Translations under genes and position numbers: made by a program
Shown: piece after piece, positions 56,237 through 64,000 of the stretch
Layout of the letters: each line of letters starts with the position of its first letter
How positions within the stretch are numbered: the first letter of the stretch is position 1
Assembly (NCBI GenBank): GCA_030668825.1
Contig: DAOVET010000005.1
Coordinates: 1,736 to 65,735 of the forward strand
Source: Candidatus Heimdallarchaeota archaeon
Lineage (GTDB): Archaea; Asgardarchaeota; Heimdallarchaeia; Heimdallarchaeales; Heimdallarchaeaceae
Length of the DNA: 64,000 nucleotides
Reading direction: 5' to 3'
Notes under the pieces: generated by a model
Seen by the model: the letters and a program-made list of their open reading frames with translations, nothing else
What the model was told of the DNA's origin: nothing
Databases searched by the model: none

Positions 56237-57787
56237 ATGACACTCACAATACAGAAATTAATGAAGGATGGTTATGACGGATTTTCTGTTAGATCAATCC
56301 TTATGAATCCTGAATTCCGTGAAAGAGTTTCAAAAGACGTCAGCGTTAGAGGAAATGATGTTGGTAAGAATCTGGTAATGGATAAACTAGCTGTAGGTGG
56401 AAAAGTTCTACTTACTGGTCCAACAGGAGAAGCTAAATCATTGTTTGCTAGAATTTTGCTAGATCATATTGTTAGAGAAATTAATAATTCCAAATACCAT
56501 ATTGAAGGATGTCCATTCTTAGAGGATGCCGGATATATTGTGGATGTGATGAACAATTTCCCAGCTAATCCCTTTGCAGGAATTCGTGTTATGCAATCTC
56601 TCTGTCCATATTGTAGAAAGAATATTGAAACCATACTTTCAACAGATGACAACACCGTCGATTTAGATAGTACAAATAGTATGTTAGCAATTCCTCCAAA
56701 GGAAGTAGTTAGTCGTTTAGGAAAACTTGGAGCTACTAAAACTATAGTTAGAAGATCTCAATTAGATCCTAGGACCGATCCTGAAAGCTTATCCATGCTT
56801 CTTGCTGGTGTTGAGAATTTAGAAGAATTGTTTGGAAAAGAAACCTCAACTACATATGCTGCAACTTCACACAAAGTAGGAATATTATCACATGGTTTCA
56901 TTGTAGTTAATGAAATACAAAGGCTTCCATTAAGCCTGCTAGAATCTTTGATGGGTTTTCTTGAGGAACCGATGGTAATCAAATACAATATTCAAGGAGA
57001 GCCTGTTTATATTGATGGCGCAGTTCTTTTCACCTCGAATGCTCCTTTGACAGTATTTGGAGAAGAAAGTCAACCAATCATTAATCGTATTCCAGAAGTT
57101 CTCTGGCCCGCTCGTTCTGTGGAAAGCAGAGAACAAATCATTAAAGATATGTTTGATGAACAAATTGTTCTTTCTCGAAGAAAAATTACTGCTAACCCCT
57201 CCATTATTCAACTCCATGAATTAGAAAAAGAGACAACTGATTTCGTAAGTCGATTAGCAGTTGATTTTCTAGCTTTCTTAGGTAACAATTCCCTACCTGA
57301 TAATCTCAAAACAAAAGGTGTTCGTTCTGAGAGTAGAATGGCTAGAGCTGATTTCTATACTGGTTTAGATGAAATTCACGACCCTCAAAGAAACCCACAT
57401 ATTGATCTTCGTACAATGAATAACATCATTGGAGAAACAGTATTACTTCAAGCAAGAGAAGATGAAACAACCGATATTAACGTCATTACATTAGAAAGAA
57501 TAAGGAATACAATGAATGCTTATGATGTTCCGGTTTCAATGATTAACGATGCACTACAGCAACTTAAGATTGTTTTACGTACATCTATCAAAGAATCAGA
57601 CGTATCAATTAGTGTTAAAGATATTTCCGAAGACATATCTAAAATGAAAGCATTAAGTGATACCGAATTAGCTGAACTTGTAGTGAAATTTGAAGGTTTA
57701 GACAAATACAAAGAAAACATTCGAAAGCAAGTTGTGGAAAAACTAAAACCATCATATGAACTGTTACTCAGAGTAGATTATATCTAA
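56237..57787 (+). CDS. ChlI/MoxR-type AAA+ ATPase with inserted CxxC zinc ribbon and long C-terminal helical domain
   Basis: 516 aa. VLLTGPTGEAKS (Walker A), a CPF…CPYCRK insert, GFIVVNEIQRLPLSLLESLMGFLEE (Walker B region with DE replaced by NE), and VLFTSNAPL (sensor-1, ATxNP-like). Confidence 0.65.
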   Translation: MTLTIQKLMKDGYDGFSVRSILMNPEFRERVSKDVSVRGNDVGKNLVMDKLAVGGKVLLTGPTGEAKSLFARILLDHIVREINNSKYHIEGCPFLEDAGYIVDVMNNFPANPFAGIRVMQSLCPYCRKNIETILSTDDNTVDLDSTNSMLAIPPKEVVSRLGKLGATKTIVRRSQLDPRTDPESLSMLLAGVENLEELFGKETSTTYAATSHKVGILSHGFIVVNEIQRLPLSLLESLMGFLEEPMVIKYNIQGEPVYIDGAVLFTSNAPLTVFGEESQPIINRIPEVLWPARSVESREQIIKDMFDEQIVLSRRKITANPSIIQLHELEKETTDFVSRLAVDFLAFLGNNSLPDNLKTKGVRSESRMARADFYTGLDEIHDPQRNPHIDLRTMNNIIGETVLLQAREDETTDINVITLERIRNTMNAYDVPVSMINDALQQLKIVLRTSIKESDVSISVKDISEDISKMKALSDTELAELVVKFEGLDKYKENIRKQVVEKLKPSYELLLRVDYI

Positions 57788-57824
57788 TCGCAAAACCCTC
57801 CTAGTAACTTTTAGAGATGATAAA

Positions 57825-59210
57825 ATGCCCCATCGAATATATTTCGTAACAGAAGCAGAATTTGCTGACCCCTTGCAGCATTATTCTAATCAAGAATTTG
57901 TATTAGAATTCGAGGATGCAGCACAAGTACTACGCTTATGGAGGAATCCGCATCTTGGAAGAAGTTCTCGTGAAGGCGCAGTCTTATCTATTGCAGCGAA
58001 AAATGCTGTTGCCGTAGACAATATTGTTCAGAAAATTATGAACACTTTTCTAACAGCTGAAGAAGAAGAACGTTTAGTTAATGAAATGAAACTCCTTCGG
58101 TTCATTGGAGAACGAATTTTACCCGATGTCCTGGAGAGAGTTAACCGAAACGAGTTACAGACTGTTGAGGATATTCTCAAATATATTCAAGATCTTTTAA
58201 AAGAACTTAAACAAGAAGGAACTGTAGATCTTCAACAATTAGCAGAGAAATTAAGTCAATTAACTGAAATTGTGGATATAGAAATAACTGACGCATTTGG
58301 TAGGAAAAAAAGAATTTCTCGGGAAAGTGTTATGGATCTTCTTGGAAAGATTTTAGGTAGATATCTAATGAAACAGATTTCTGTAGCACCCGTTGATGAA
58401 GTTCAAAAAAGATTACACGGTACAATTCGTTTGAAAGAGACCTACAAGAGTGCTATTCTTAGTTCTCAAACTATCCCTCCAACAGAAGTCAAACAAGAAG
58501 ATATTATGAGGATAAAGAAGGATCGTCGTTCTTTAGTTTATCTGATAGTTGATATGAGTCAATCCATGAAAAAAACTGTTTTTGAGGGAAAAATGTCCAG
58601 ATTGGATGGAGCTCTTTTAACAAGTCTTAGTCTCTATTATTATTTCAAAATGATTAATAGAAGAAAAAGAAAGCGATTTGATATGTTTAAGCTAGCAGTT
58701 GTTCCTATAATTAAAAACCCCTTTGTGGTTGATGATGATAAGAAAATGGAGAAACTTCTTCTCACTGCTGAAGCGAGAGGAAAGACACATATGGTTCAGA
58801 GCATCCTGAAAGCTATTGAACATGCAAAGAAACAGCATACAGACAAAGATATTGATGTTCAATTAACTATAGTAACAGATGGTATGCCTAATGTTCCTGT
58901 TTATCCATTTAGTTTCAAGAAAAATCGAGAACTTAAGAAATACTTCGATGAGGTTGAAACAAAAACAAATGCAGATACAAGAGAATGTTTGCAACAATTA
59001 AATGCAATATTCAGCTCTTTAAAGGCTGATCGTTCTAGGAATTGGAATATTTCTTACTTCTTAATGGGAACTGAGGTTCTAAGGAACAAAGAGATCTATA
59101 TCCATACAAAAAGAATGCTCAAAGGAATTACCAAGCCCATCTTAATAGATCCAGCTCAAATAAAGAATTTGGGTGAGCAAATACTACGGGAGAGTATACT
59201 TCATGCTTAA
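57825..59210 (+). CDS. von Willebrand factor A (vWA) domain protein with MIDAS motif, partner of the AAA+ ATPase
   Basis: 461 aa. LVYLIVDMSQSM (DxSxS MIDAS), …TAEARGKTHM…, and LTIVTDGMPN (T…D MIDAS completion). Long N-terminal helical region. Confidence 0.65.
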   Translation: MPHRIYFVTEAEFADPLQHYSNQEFVLEFEDAAQVLRLWRNPHLGRSSREGAVLSIAAKNAVAVDNIVQKIMNTFLTAEEEERLVNEMKLLRFIGERILPDVLERVNRNELQTVEDILKYIQDLLKELKQEGTVDLQQLAEKLSQLTEIVDIEITDAFGRKKRISRESVMDLLGKILGRYLMKQISVAPVDEVQKRLHGTIRLKETYKSAILSSQTIPPTEVKQEDIMRIKKDRRSLVYLIVDMSQSMKKTVFEGKMSRLDGALLTSLSLYYYFKMINRRKRKRFDMFKLAVVPIIKNPFVVDDDKKMEKLLLTAEARGKTHMVQSILKAIEHAKKQHTDKDIDVQLTIVTDGMPNVPVYPFSFKKNRELKKYFDEVETKTNADTRECLQQLNAIFSSLKADRSRNWNISYFLMGTEVLRNKEIYIHTKRMLKGITKPILIDPAQIKNLGEQILRESILHA

Positions 59211-60777
59211 AGAGGAACTTAGTGACGTAATCAAAGTTTACAACAATGCTAGAGAGGACTTCAAAACTCTGGTTGGAGAAACACCTGAGAATTATAGAAT
59301 ATTAATTTTCATTAATCCTGAGATGCATATTTCTGTTAATAGAGTTGTAGAGGTAACAGGAACTCCACAAGCTATACTCACTTCTGAACAAATTACAAAC
59401 CTTCGGTCAGCTAGGATTAGCGATTTCCTTCCAACTGGAAAGGAGACCGTCTATAACTCTTTACCAACTCTTGTTTATCTTTCTGTTCCTCCAAAAGAAC
59501 TTACTAAAGAACAAGAATTAACTCTAAGAGTTATGTTGATACATGCATTTGCTCATGCTTATTTGAATGAAAAAACTGAGTCTAATTCACCAAGGATTTT
59601 AGCACAATTATACCAATTAGATTTAGTTCTAAAAGAGTTAATGACAAACAATGTATTTCAATTGAACCAAACTTCACAAAATAAACATGTTTGGGCTTGG
59701 CAATACTTCCAAGATTTGATAGGCGTAATTCGATTATTTACAGAAGCAGGAGTAGAAGATTTCTATACTCCTCCAGAAGATGCTAGGAAATATACTCTTT
59801 TCAATAATTTTTCAATAGAAGCAATTAATCTGATAAATGAAAGGGCTAAGGTTGTAAGAAAGAAGAATCTCCATGAACTTATAGGTGAGGGCTTTGCACA
59901 TTACATTCAGAAAAAAGCAATTGATTATTTACTTGAGAAGGATGAGTATAAGCTTCCAAAAAGACACGACGATAAAACAATTATGTATCCTAAAGAATTG
60001 AAAGCTTTCCTTGCACCCCCTATAGGTGAATTTAGTCTTGCTGCTATGAATAAACTTGTAGCGAAGTACACTGATGAGAAAATAGTATTTCAGAAGCTTT
60101 TCTCATTTAAGTCTGATTTAGAATTCCTTGAAGAGTTTTCATGGAACGATATTAAGGATTTACAAGCTGTTAACAAAAACGCTCATTCTGAGTTTGTAGT
60201 TGAACATTGGCACTCTTCCAGAAGTAGATGGACAGATATATGGTCTGTTTATGCATATGGCTGGAGACAAATTGAAGAATACGTAAGTAAGGTGTTTAGA
60301 AGAAAATATTCCACCTTTGGGCAACTACTTGATGATAATCCTAGAATTTCCTCAAAAGGATATGTAAAAGTGGATGATAAGAAGGTATATGTGTTTGAAG
60401 CTAACGAGTACGGTGTAGGAATTGATCAGTTAGTCATTTTACATAATCATATGGCTTTGTATAGAGACGATTTCAAAACAATTCTCCCAGCTTTTGCAGA
60501 TATTATTGTTTTCAAGAAAATAGGGGGAATTCATGTTGCAACCTTATTTGCAGTTCATAAAGCAAAGTACAAATCTTTGTCTCCATATAACCTTCCTGTA
60601 GTTACAAGAGCTGTTCAAGTTACAAAAAGGAAGGATGCTTACAAGTTTGATTTAGACGAAGAAAAGGAAGAAAGGTTTGAAGTTAGAAAAATAGATTATA
60701 CATTTCTTAGAAAGCTAACTCAACCACAAAGAGGTGCTATAAGTTATCTCATTAAAGAGGGGTTGTTTGAATTATGA
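59173..60777 (+). CDS. Large hypothetical protein of the MoxR-vWA operon (alternative coupled start at 59203, ATGCTTAA overlap)
   Basis: 534 aa, no recognisable motifs. Its start overlaps the vWA stop and its stop overlaps the next start (ATGA). Confidence 0.5.
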   Translation: MSKYYGRVYFMLKEELSDVIKVYNNAREDFKTLVGETPENYRILIFINPEMHISVNRVVEVTGTPQAILTSEQITNLRSARISDFLPTGKETVYNSLPTLVYLSVPPKELTKEQELTLRVMLIHAFAHAYLNEKTESNSPRILAQLYQLDLVLKELMTNNVFQLNQTSQNKHVWAWQYFQDLIGVIRLFTEAGVEDFYTPPEDARKYTLFNNFSIEAINLINERAKVVRKKNLHELIGEGFAHYIQKKAIDYLLEKDEYKLPKRHDDKTIMYPKELKAFLAPPIGEFSLAAMNKLVAKYTDEKIVFQKLFSFKSDLEFLEEFSWNDIKDLQAVNKNAHSEFVVEHWHSSRSRWTDIWSVYAYGWRQIEEYVSKVFRRKYSTFGQLLDDNPRISSKGYVKVDDKKVYVFEANEYGVGIDQLVILHNHMALYRDDFKTILPAFADIIVFKKIGGIHVATLFAVHKAKYKSLSPYNLPVVTRAVQVTKRKDAYKFDLDEEKEERFEVRKIDYTFLRKLTQPQRGAISYLIKEGLFEL

Positions 60778-61547
60778 GTCTAGTAAATTTCTTTAGAGGA
60801 TTATTCATAGGTAGAAAACAAAAAAGCTACGATCCCTTAGATCGAGCTAATTTTGCTTTATTCTTACAGAAGAATGGTAAAGCAAAGAGTATCAACAAAA
60901 TTTATCCACTAATAGAAGATTCTGACTGGAATGTAAGAAATGCTGCAGCTTCAACCATAGTTGAATATGCTTCAAAATTTCCAGAGCTTAAAGAGAAAAT
61001 CCTAAGCTATCTTCATGATCTTATAGAACGAAGCTCATTGGCTATTAAACTATCTACTTTGGAAGTTTTAGGTCATTTAAAGGATTATGCGTCCAAACCT
61101 TATTTAGTAAAAATACTAGAAGAAAGTGATTATGATCTTCAGTATGCAGCAATTAGAGCAATAGGTTACTTACAAGATGTTGACGTTCTTTATCCATTGA
61201 AAAATGTAGTTTATGCAAAGGACTACATTACAAGAAGAGCTGCTATCCTTTCTGTAGTAAGAATAGCTGATTCAGTTAAAGAGGAAGAGCAATCAGATAA
61301 ACTAACTCCTCATATTCATATCTTAATTGAATCATACCTAGAATTAGAGCAAGTCGGTGAAATAATTTGCAAAGTTATGGATTATGGTAACCAAAGTGAA
61401 TTTCCAGATATGAAAGGCTATACTGAATCTGAAATCGTAAAACTGGAAGGATTAATCGAACAGAAGGATTATAGTGTTGAAATGTACCAAAATTTTGCTC
61501 GTCTTATATTTCCTATTTACTTTCCCCTGCAGGAAGAAAACAACTGA
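60774..61547 (+). CDS. HEAT/PBS-lyase-type repeat protein
   Basis: 257 aa. Repeated DxxVRxAAxxALG-like units (DWNVRNAAASTIVEYA; DYDLQYAAIRAIGYLQD; DYITRRAAILSVVRIAD). Confidence 0.6.
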   Translation: MSLVNFFRGLFIGRKQKSYDPLDRANFALFLQKNGKAKSINKIYPLIEDSDWNVRNAAASTIVEYASKFPELKEKILSYLHDLIERSSLAIKLSTLEVLGHLKDYASKPYLVKILEESDYDLQYAAIRAIGYLQDVDVLYPLKNVVYAKDYITRRAAILSVVRIADSVKEEEQSDKLTPHIHILIESYLELEQVGEIICKVMDYGNQSEFPDMKGYTESEIVKLEGLIEQKDYSVEMYQNFARLIFPIYFPLQEENN

Positions 61548-61552
61548 TGTAT

Positions 61553-61813
61553 CTATCCTAGAAATGTTTGTTCGCAATACACGATAAATGCTTTTTTTAT
61601 GTCTTTCAAGTCTTTTTCCTCTTTCCATTTATTACGAATATGATTTTGAATATCGGGAGAACTCATCCGGAAACATGTAGTTAGCAATGCGTATCCCTTC
61701 ATTCTTTCCCTAATGATATTCGATTCTAACAGAAGAAGAGCTCTTTTTTGATGAGGTAGTATAAATTTTAACTCATCTAAAACAAGTTGTTTTGTACTAA
61801 TAGTTGAAACCAT
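61553..61813 (-). CDS. Hypothetical small protein
   Basis: 86-aa ORF with no motifs. Confidence 0.3.
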   Translation of the reverse strand: MVSTISTKQLVLDELKFILPHQKRALLLLESNIIRERMKGYALLTTCFRMSSPDIQNHIRNKWKEEKDLKDIKKAFIVYCEQTFLG

Positions 61814-61898
61814 ACTTGCTTTAAAATAAATATTTCAGTATTTAAGACTGACAAAATTGCTATTAGCACTCTTTGCTTATTATAAGATAAAACAGATA

Positions 61899-62108
61899 TT
61901 ATCTAACTGCTTGTTTCTCTTGAATTTCATCAACAGAATAAAAGACGCAAATTCTTTTTATCCCTTTATCCTCGTGAGGTAAAGAGTACCAAGCCCTTAT
62001 CCTTCCCTTTGGAGCTCCGATTTTCCTGTAAAGTCTCTCAAGGTAACTCATAATACCTTTTTCATCGATTTCTTCACGTGGAATATCAAAATAATTTCTG
62101 AATTCCAT
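61899..62108 (-). CDS. Small basic protein, possibly RelE/ParE-like toxin
   Basis: 69 aa. …GRIRAWYSLPHEDKGIKRICVFYSVDE weakly resembles the RelE/ParE C-terminal beta-strand region (YRIIY-like). Confidence 0.25.
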   Translation of the reverse strand: MEFRNYFDIPREEIDEKGIMSYLERLYRKIGAPKGRIRAWYSLPHEDKGIKRICVFYSVDEIQEKQAVR

Positions 62109-62316
62109 ATACCTAGAATCGAGATTTCACTTCTTTATATGATGTATTACACAGCTGTTACATTTGTACTGCTTGTTAGAACAAAACTTACATAACTTGA
62201 TCAAGGTAATAATTCAGAAACTAAAAGTTAGTATCTCTCTTTTCCTAGTTTTTAAAATGAAATCTTTCTGACTGATAAACATACTTTTTAACGATTAAAA
62301 GATAGGGGAAACAAGA

Positions 62317-64000
62317 ATGCCATTAGATTTAGAAACACCTCTCACTCCAAAGGGAGATCAACCTAAAGCAATAGCTCAATTGATTGAAGGAATAAACAAA
62401 GGGCATAAACATCAAACACTTCTAGGTGTTACTGGCTCTGGAAAAACTTTTACCATGGCTTCTATTATTGATAAAATCAAGAAACCTACTTTGATTATGG
62501 GTCCCAATAAAACTCTTGTTGCACAGCTTTTTGGTGAATTTAAAACCTTGTTTCCTTCTGCAGCAGTGTGTTATTATGTCAGTTTTTATGATTACTATCA
62601 ACCAGAAGCCTATCTCCCTTCTAAAGATCTTTACATTGAGAAGGATGTTGATATAAATCGCGAAATTGAGCGTTTACGTCATACAGCTCTTGAAGCTTTA
62701 GCTACTCGTGACGATGTAATTGTTTGTGCAACTGTTTCTTGTATTTATGGCACTGGTCCTCCTGATGTATATCGTTCTAGAAGAATAGCTTTGAAAGTAG
62801 GTGATACTTTAGATAGGCAGGATTTGATGTTAGAGTTAGTCAAAAACCAATACGAAAGGAATGATGTGATTCTGGATCGTAAAACCTTCAGAGTTAGAGG
62901 TGATTCTATTGATATTTTTCCTTTATATAGCGATTATGTTTATCGTATTGAGTTCTTTGGAGACGAGATAGAACGTTTAACTTCTCGACATTCAGTTACA
63001 GGAGAAATGATGAAAGAATATGAAGCAATGTCAATTTATCCGGGAACCCAATACCTTGCAAATGATGCTTTCTTTGAATCAGCTCTTGAAGACATAAAGA
63101 TGGAATTAGATATGCGTTTAGCTGAGTTTGAAAAGGATGACAAAGTAGTAGAGAGACATCGATTGAGGCAAAAAACACTATATGATTTGGAATTATTAAG
63201 AGAAACAGGTGGCTGCTCTGGAATAGAAAACTACTCTCGTCATTTTGATAGAAGAAAACCCAGTGAAAAACCTTTTGCTTTGCTTGACCACTTCCCTGAA
63301 GATTTCTTGTTTTTTATTGATGAATCCCATCTAACCATCCCCCAACTTCGTGGAATGTATGGTGGAGATTACTCAAGAAAAAAGAATCTAATTGATCATG
63401 GTTTCAGACTTCCTTCTGCATTTGATAATCGTCCTTTCAGATTCGAAGAAACGGAGAAATATATGCACACTGTTGTTTTCACAAGTGCCACTCCTCGAGA
63501 TTATGAATATGATGTATCTGAGCAAATTGTAGAACAAATCATTCGTCCAACTGGTCTTGTAGATCCAAAGATAGACGTAAGAGGGACTGATGGACAAATA
63601 ACTGATCTTGTTAGTGAGATAAACCAAAGAGTAAGTAAGGGAGAAAGAGTCTTGGTTACAACTATCACCAAAAAGAGTGCAGAGATGTTATCTGACTATC
63701 TTCTAGAAATGAATATTAAGTCGGTTTATTTACATCATGAGGTAGACACTTTAGACCGAATTGAGATATTAAGAGAACTTAGATTAGGCAAACATGATGT
63801 GGTTGTCGGAATAAACCTTCTAAGAGAAGGATTGGATCTTCCTGAAGTAGCTCTTGTTGCAATACTTGATGCAGATAAAGAAGGATTTTTACGTTCTAAA
63901 GGTTCGCTAATTCAACTTATGGGTCGAGCTAGCAGAAACGTTCATGGTAGCGTTATTTTGTATGCTGATAATCTTACAGATTCTATGAAAAACGCTATAA
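62317..64000 (+). CDS. uvrB: Excinuclease ABC subunit B (UvrB), N-terminal ~560 aa; continues beyond window
   Basis: MPLDLETPLTPKGDQPKAIAQLIEGI…LLGVTGSGKTFTMA (Walker A)…YYVSFYDYYQPEAY…, helicase motifs, …LLREGLDLPEV…. No stop before position 64000. Confidence 0.9.
   Translation, partial: MPLDLETPLTPKGDQPKAIAQLIEGINKGHKHQTLLGVTGSGKTFTMASIIDKIKKPTLIMGPNKTLVAQLFGEFKTLFPSAAVCYYVSFYDYYQPEAYLPSKDLYIEKDVDINREIERLRHTALEALATRDDVIVCATVSCIYGTGPPDVYRSRRIALKVGDTLDRQDLMLELVKNQYERNDVILDRKTFRVRGDSIDIFPLYSDYVYRIEFFGDEIERLTSRHSVTGEMMKEYEAMSIYPGTQYLANDAFFESALEDIKMELDMRLAEFEKDDKVVERHRLRQKTLYDLELLRETGGCSGIENYSRHFDRRKPSEKPFALLDHFPEDFLFFIDESHLTIPQLRGMYGGDYSRKKNLIDHGFRLPSAFDNRPFRFEETEKYMHTVVFTSATPRDYEYDVSEQIVEQIIRPTGLVDPKIDVRGTDGQITDLVSEINQRVSKGERVLVTTITKKSAEMLSDYLLEMNIKSVYLHHEVDTLDRIEILRELRLGKHDVVVGINLLREGLDLPEVALVAILDADKEGFLRSKGSLIQLMGRASRNVHGSVILYADNLTDSMKNAI

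Overview
This is a 64 kb window from a low-GC (~35%) archaeal chromosome. The organism is archaeal because the window has an archaeal-type D-aminoacyl-tRNA deacylase (DtdA), a Drg-type GTPase, seven tRNA genes of which three carry introns (two at an unusual T-loop position), and TATA-like promoter elements. It is most consistent with an Asgard (Lokiarchaeia-like) genome because it also carries bacterial-type lipid genes (DegV, PlsY). Inference only; no taxonomy search was possible.

Most of the window is housekeeping and metabolism. The supported genes are: formate dehydrogenase alpha with an adjacent MobA-like gene, ornithine carbamoyltransferase (OTC), CysS, a partial UvrB, hydantoinase HyuAB, a crotonase, an aldo/keto reductase, aspartate dehydrogenase, an arsR-acr3 arsenic resistance pair, an Opp-type ABC transporter and several short-chain dehydrogenase/reductase (SDR) and GNAT enzymes.

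Three things stand out:
- A 633-aa TnpB/Cas12-like RuvC-fold protein sits 60 bp downstream of tRNA-Asn. It has an unusually long N-terminal region and what looks like a degenerate RuvC-III motif (no acidic residue). This is a candidate nuclease-dead RNA-guided DNA-binding protein, not a canonical IS605 TnpB.
- A translationally coupled five-gene operon (55617-61547) encodes an unknown 197-aa protein, a ChlI/MoxR-type AAA+ ATPase with a zinc ribbon, a vWA/MIDAS protein, a 534-aa protein with no recognisable domain, and a HEAT-repeat protein. This is a MoxR-vWA-type multi-component system of unknown function.
- In the Opp operon the OppB permease is fused to an N-terminal LVIVD-repeat beta-propeller ectodomain, and there is no OppA-type solute-binding protein.

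Other observations: tRNA-Pro and tRNA-Phe carry T-loop introns that share a near-identical 20-nt hairpin core; a TATA-preceded GC-rich structured ncRNA candidate lies downstream of tRNA-Leu; a glycoprotein candidate carries 19 N-glycosylation sequons; and an acidic VEE-repeat protein has a possible Roadblock-like N-terminal domain. No CRISPR array and no rRNA genes were seen.
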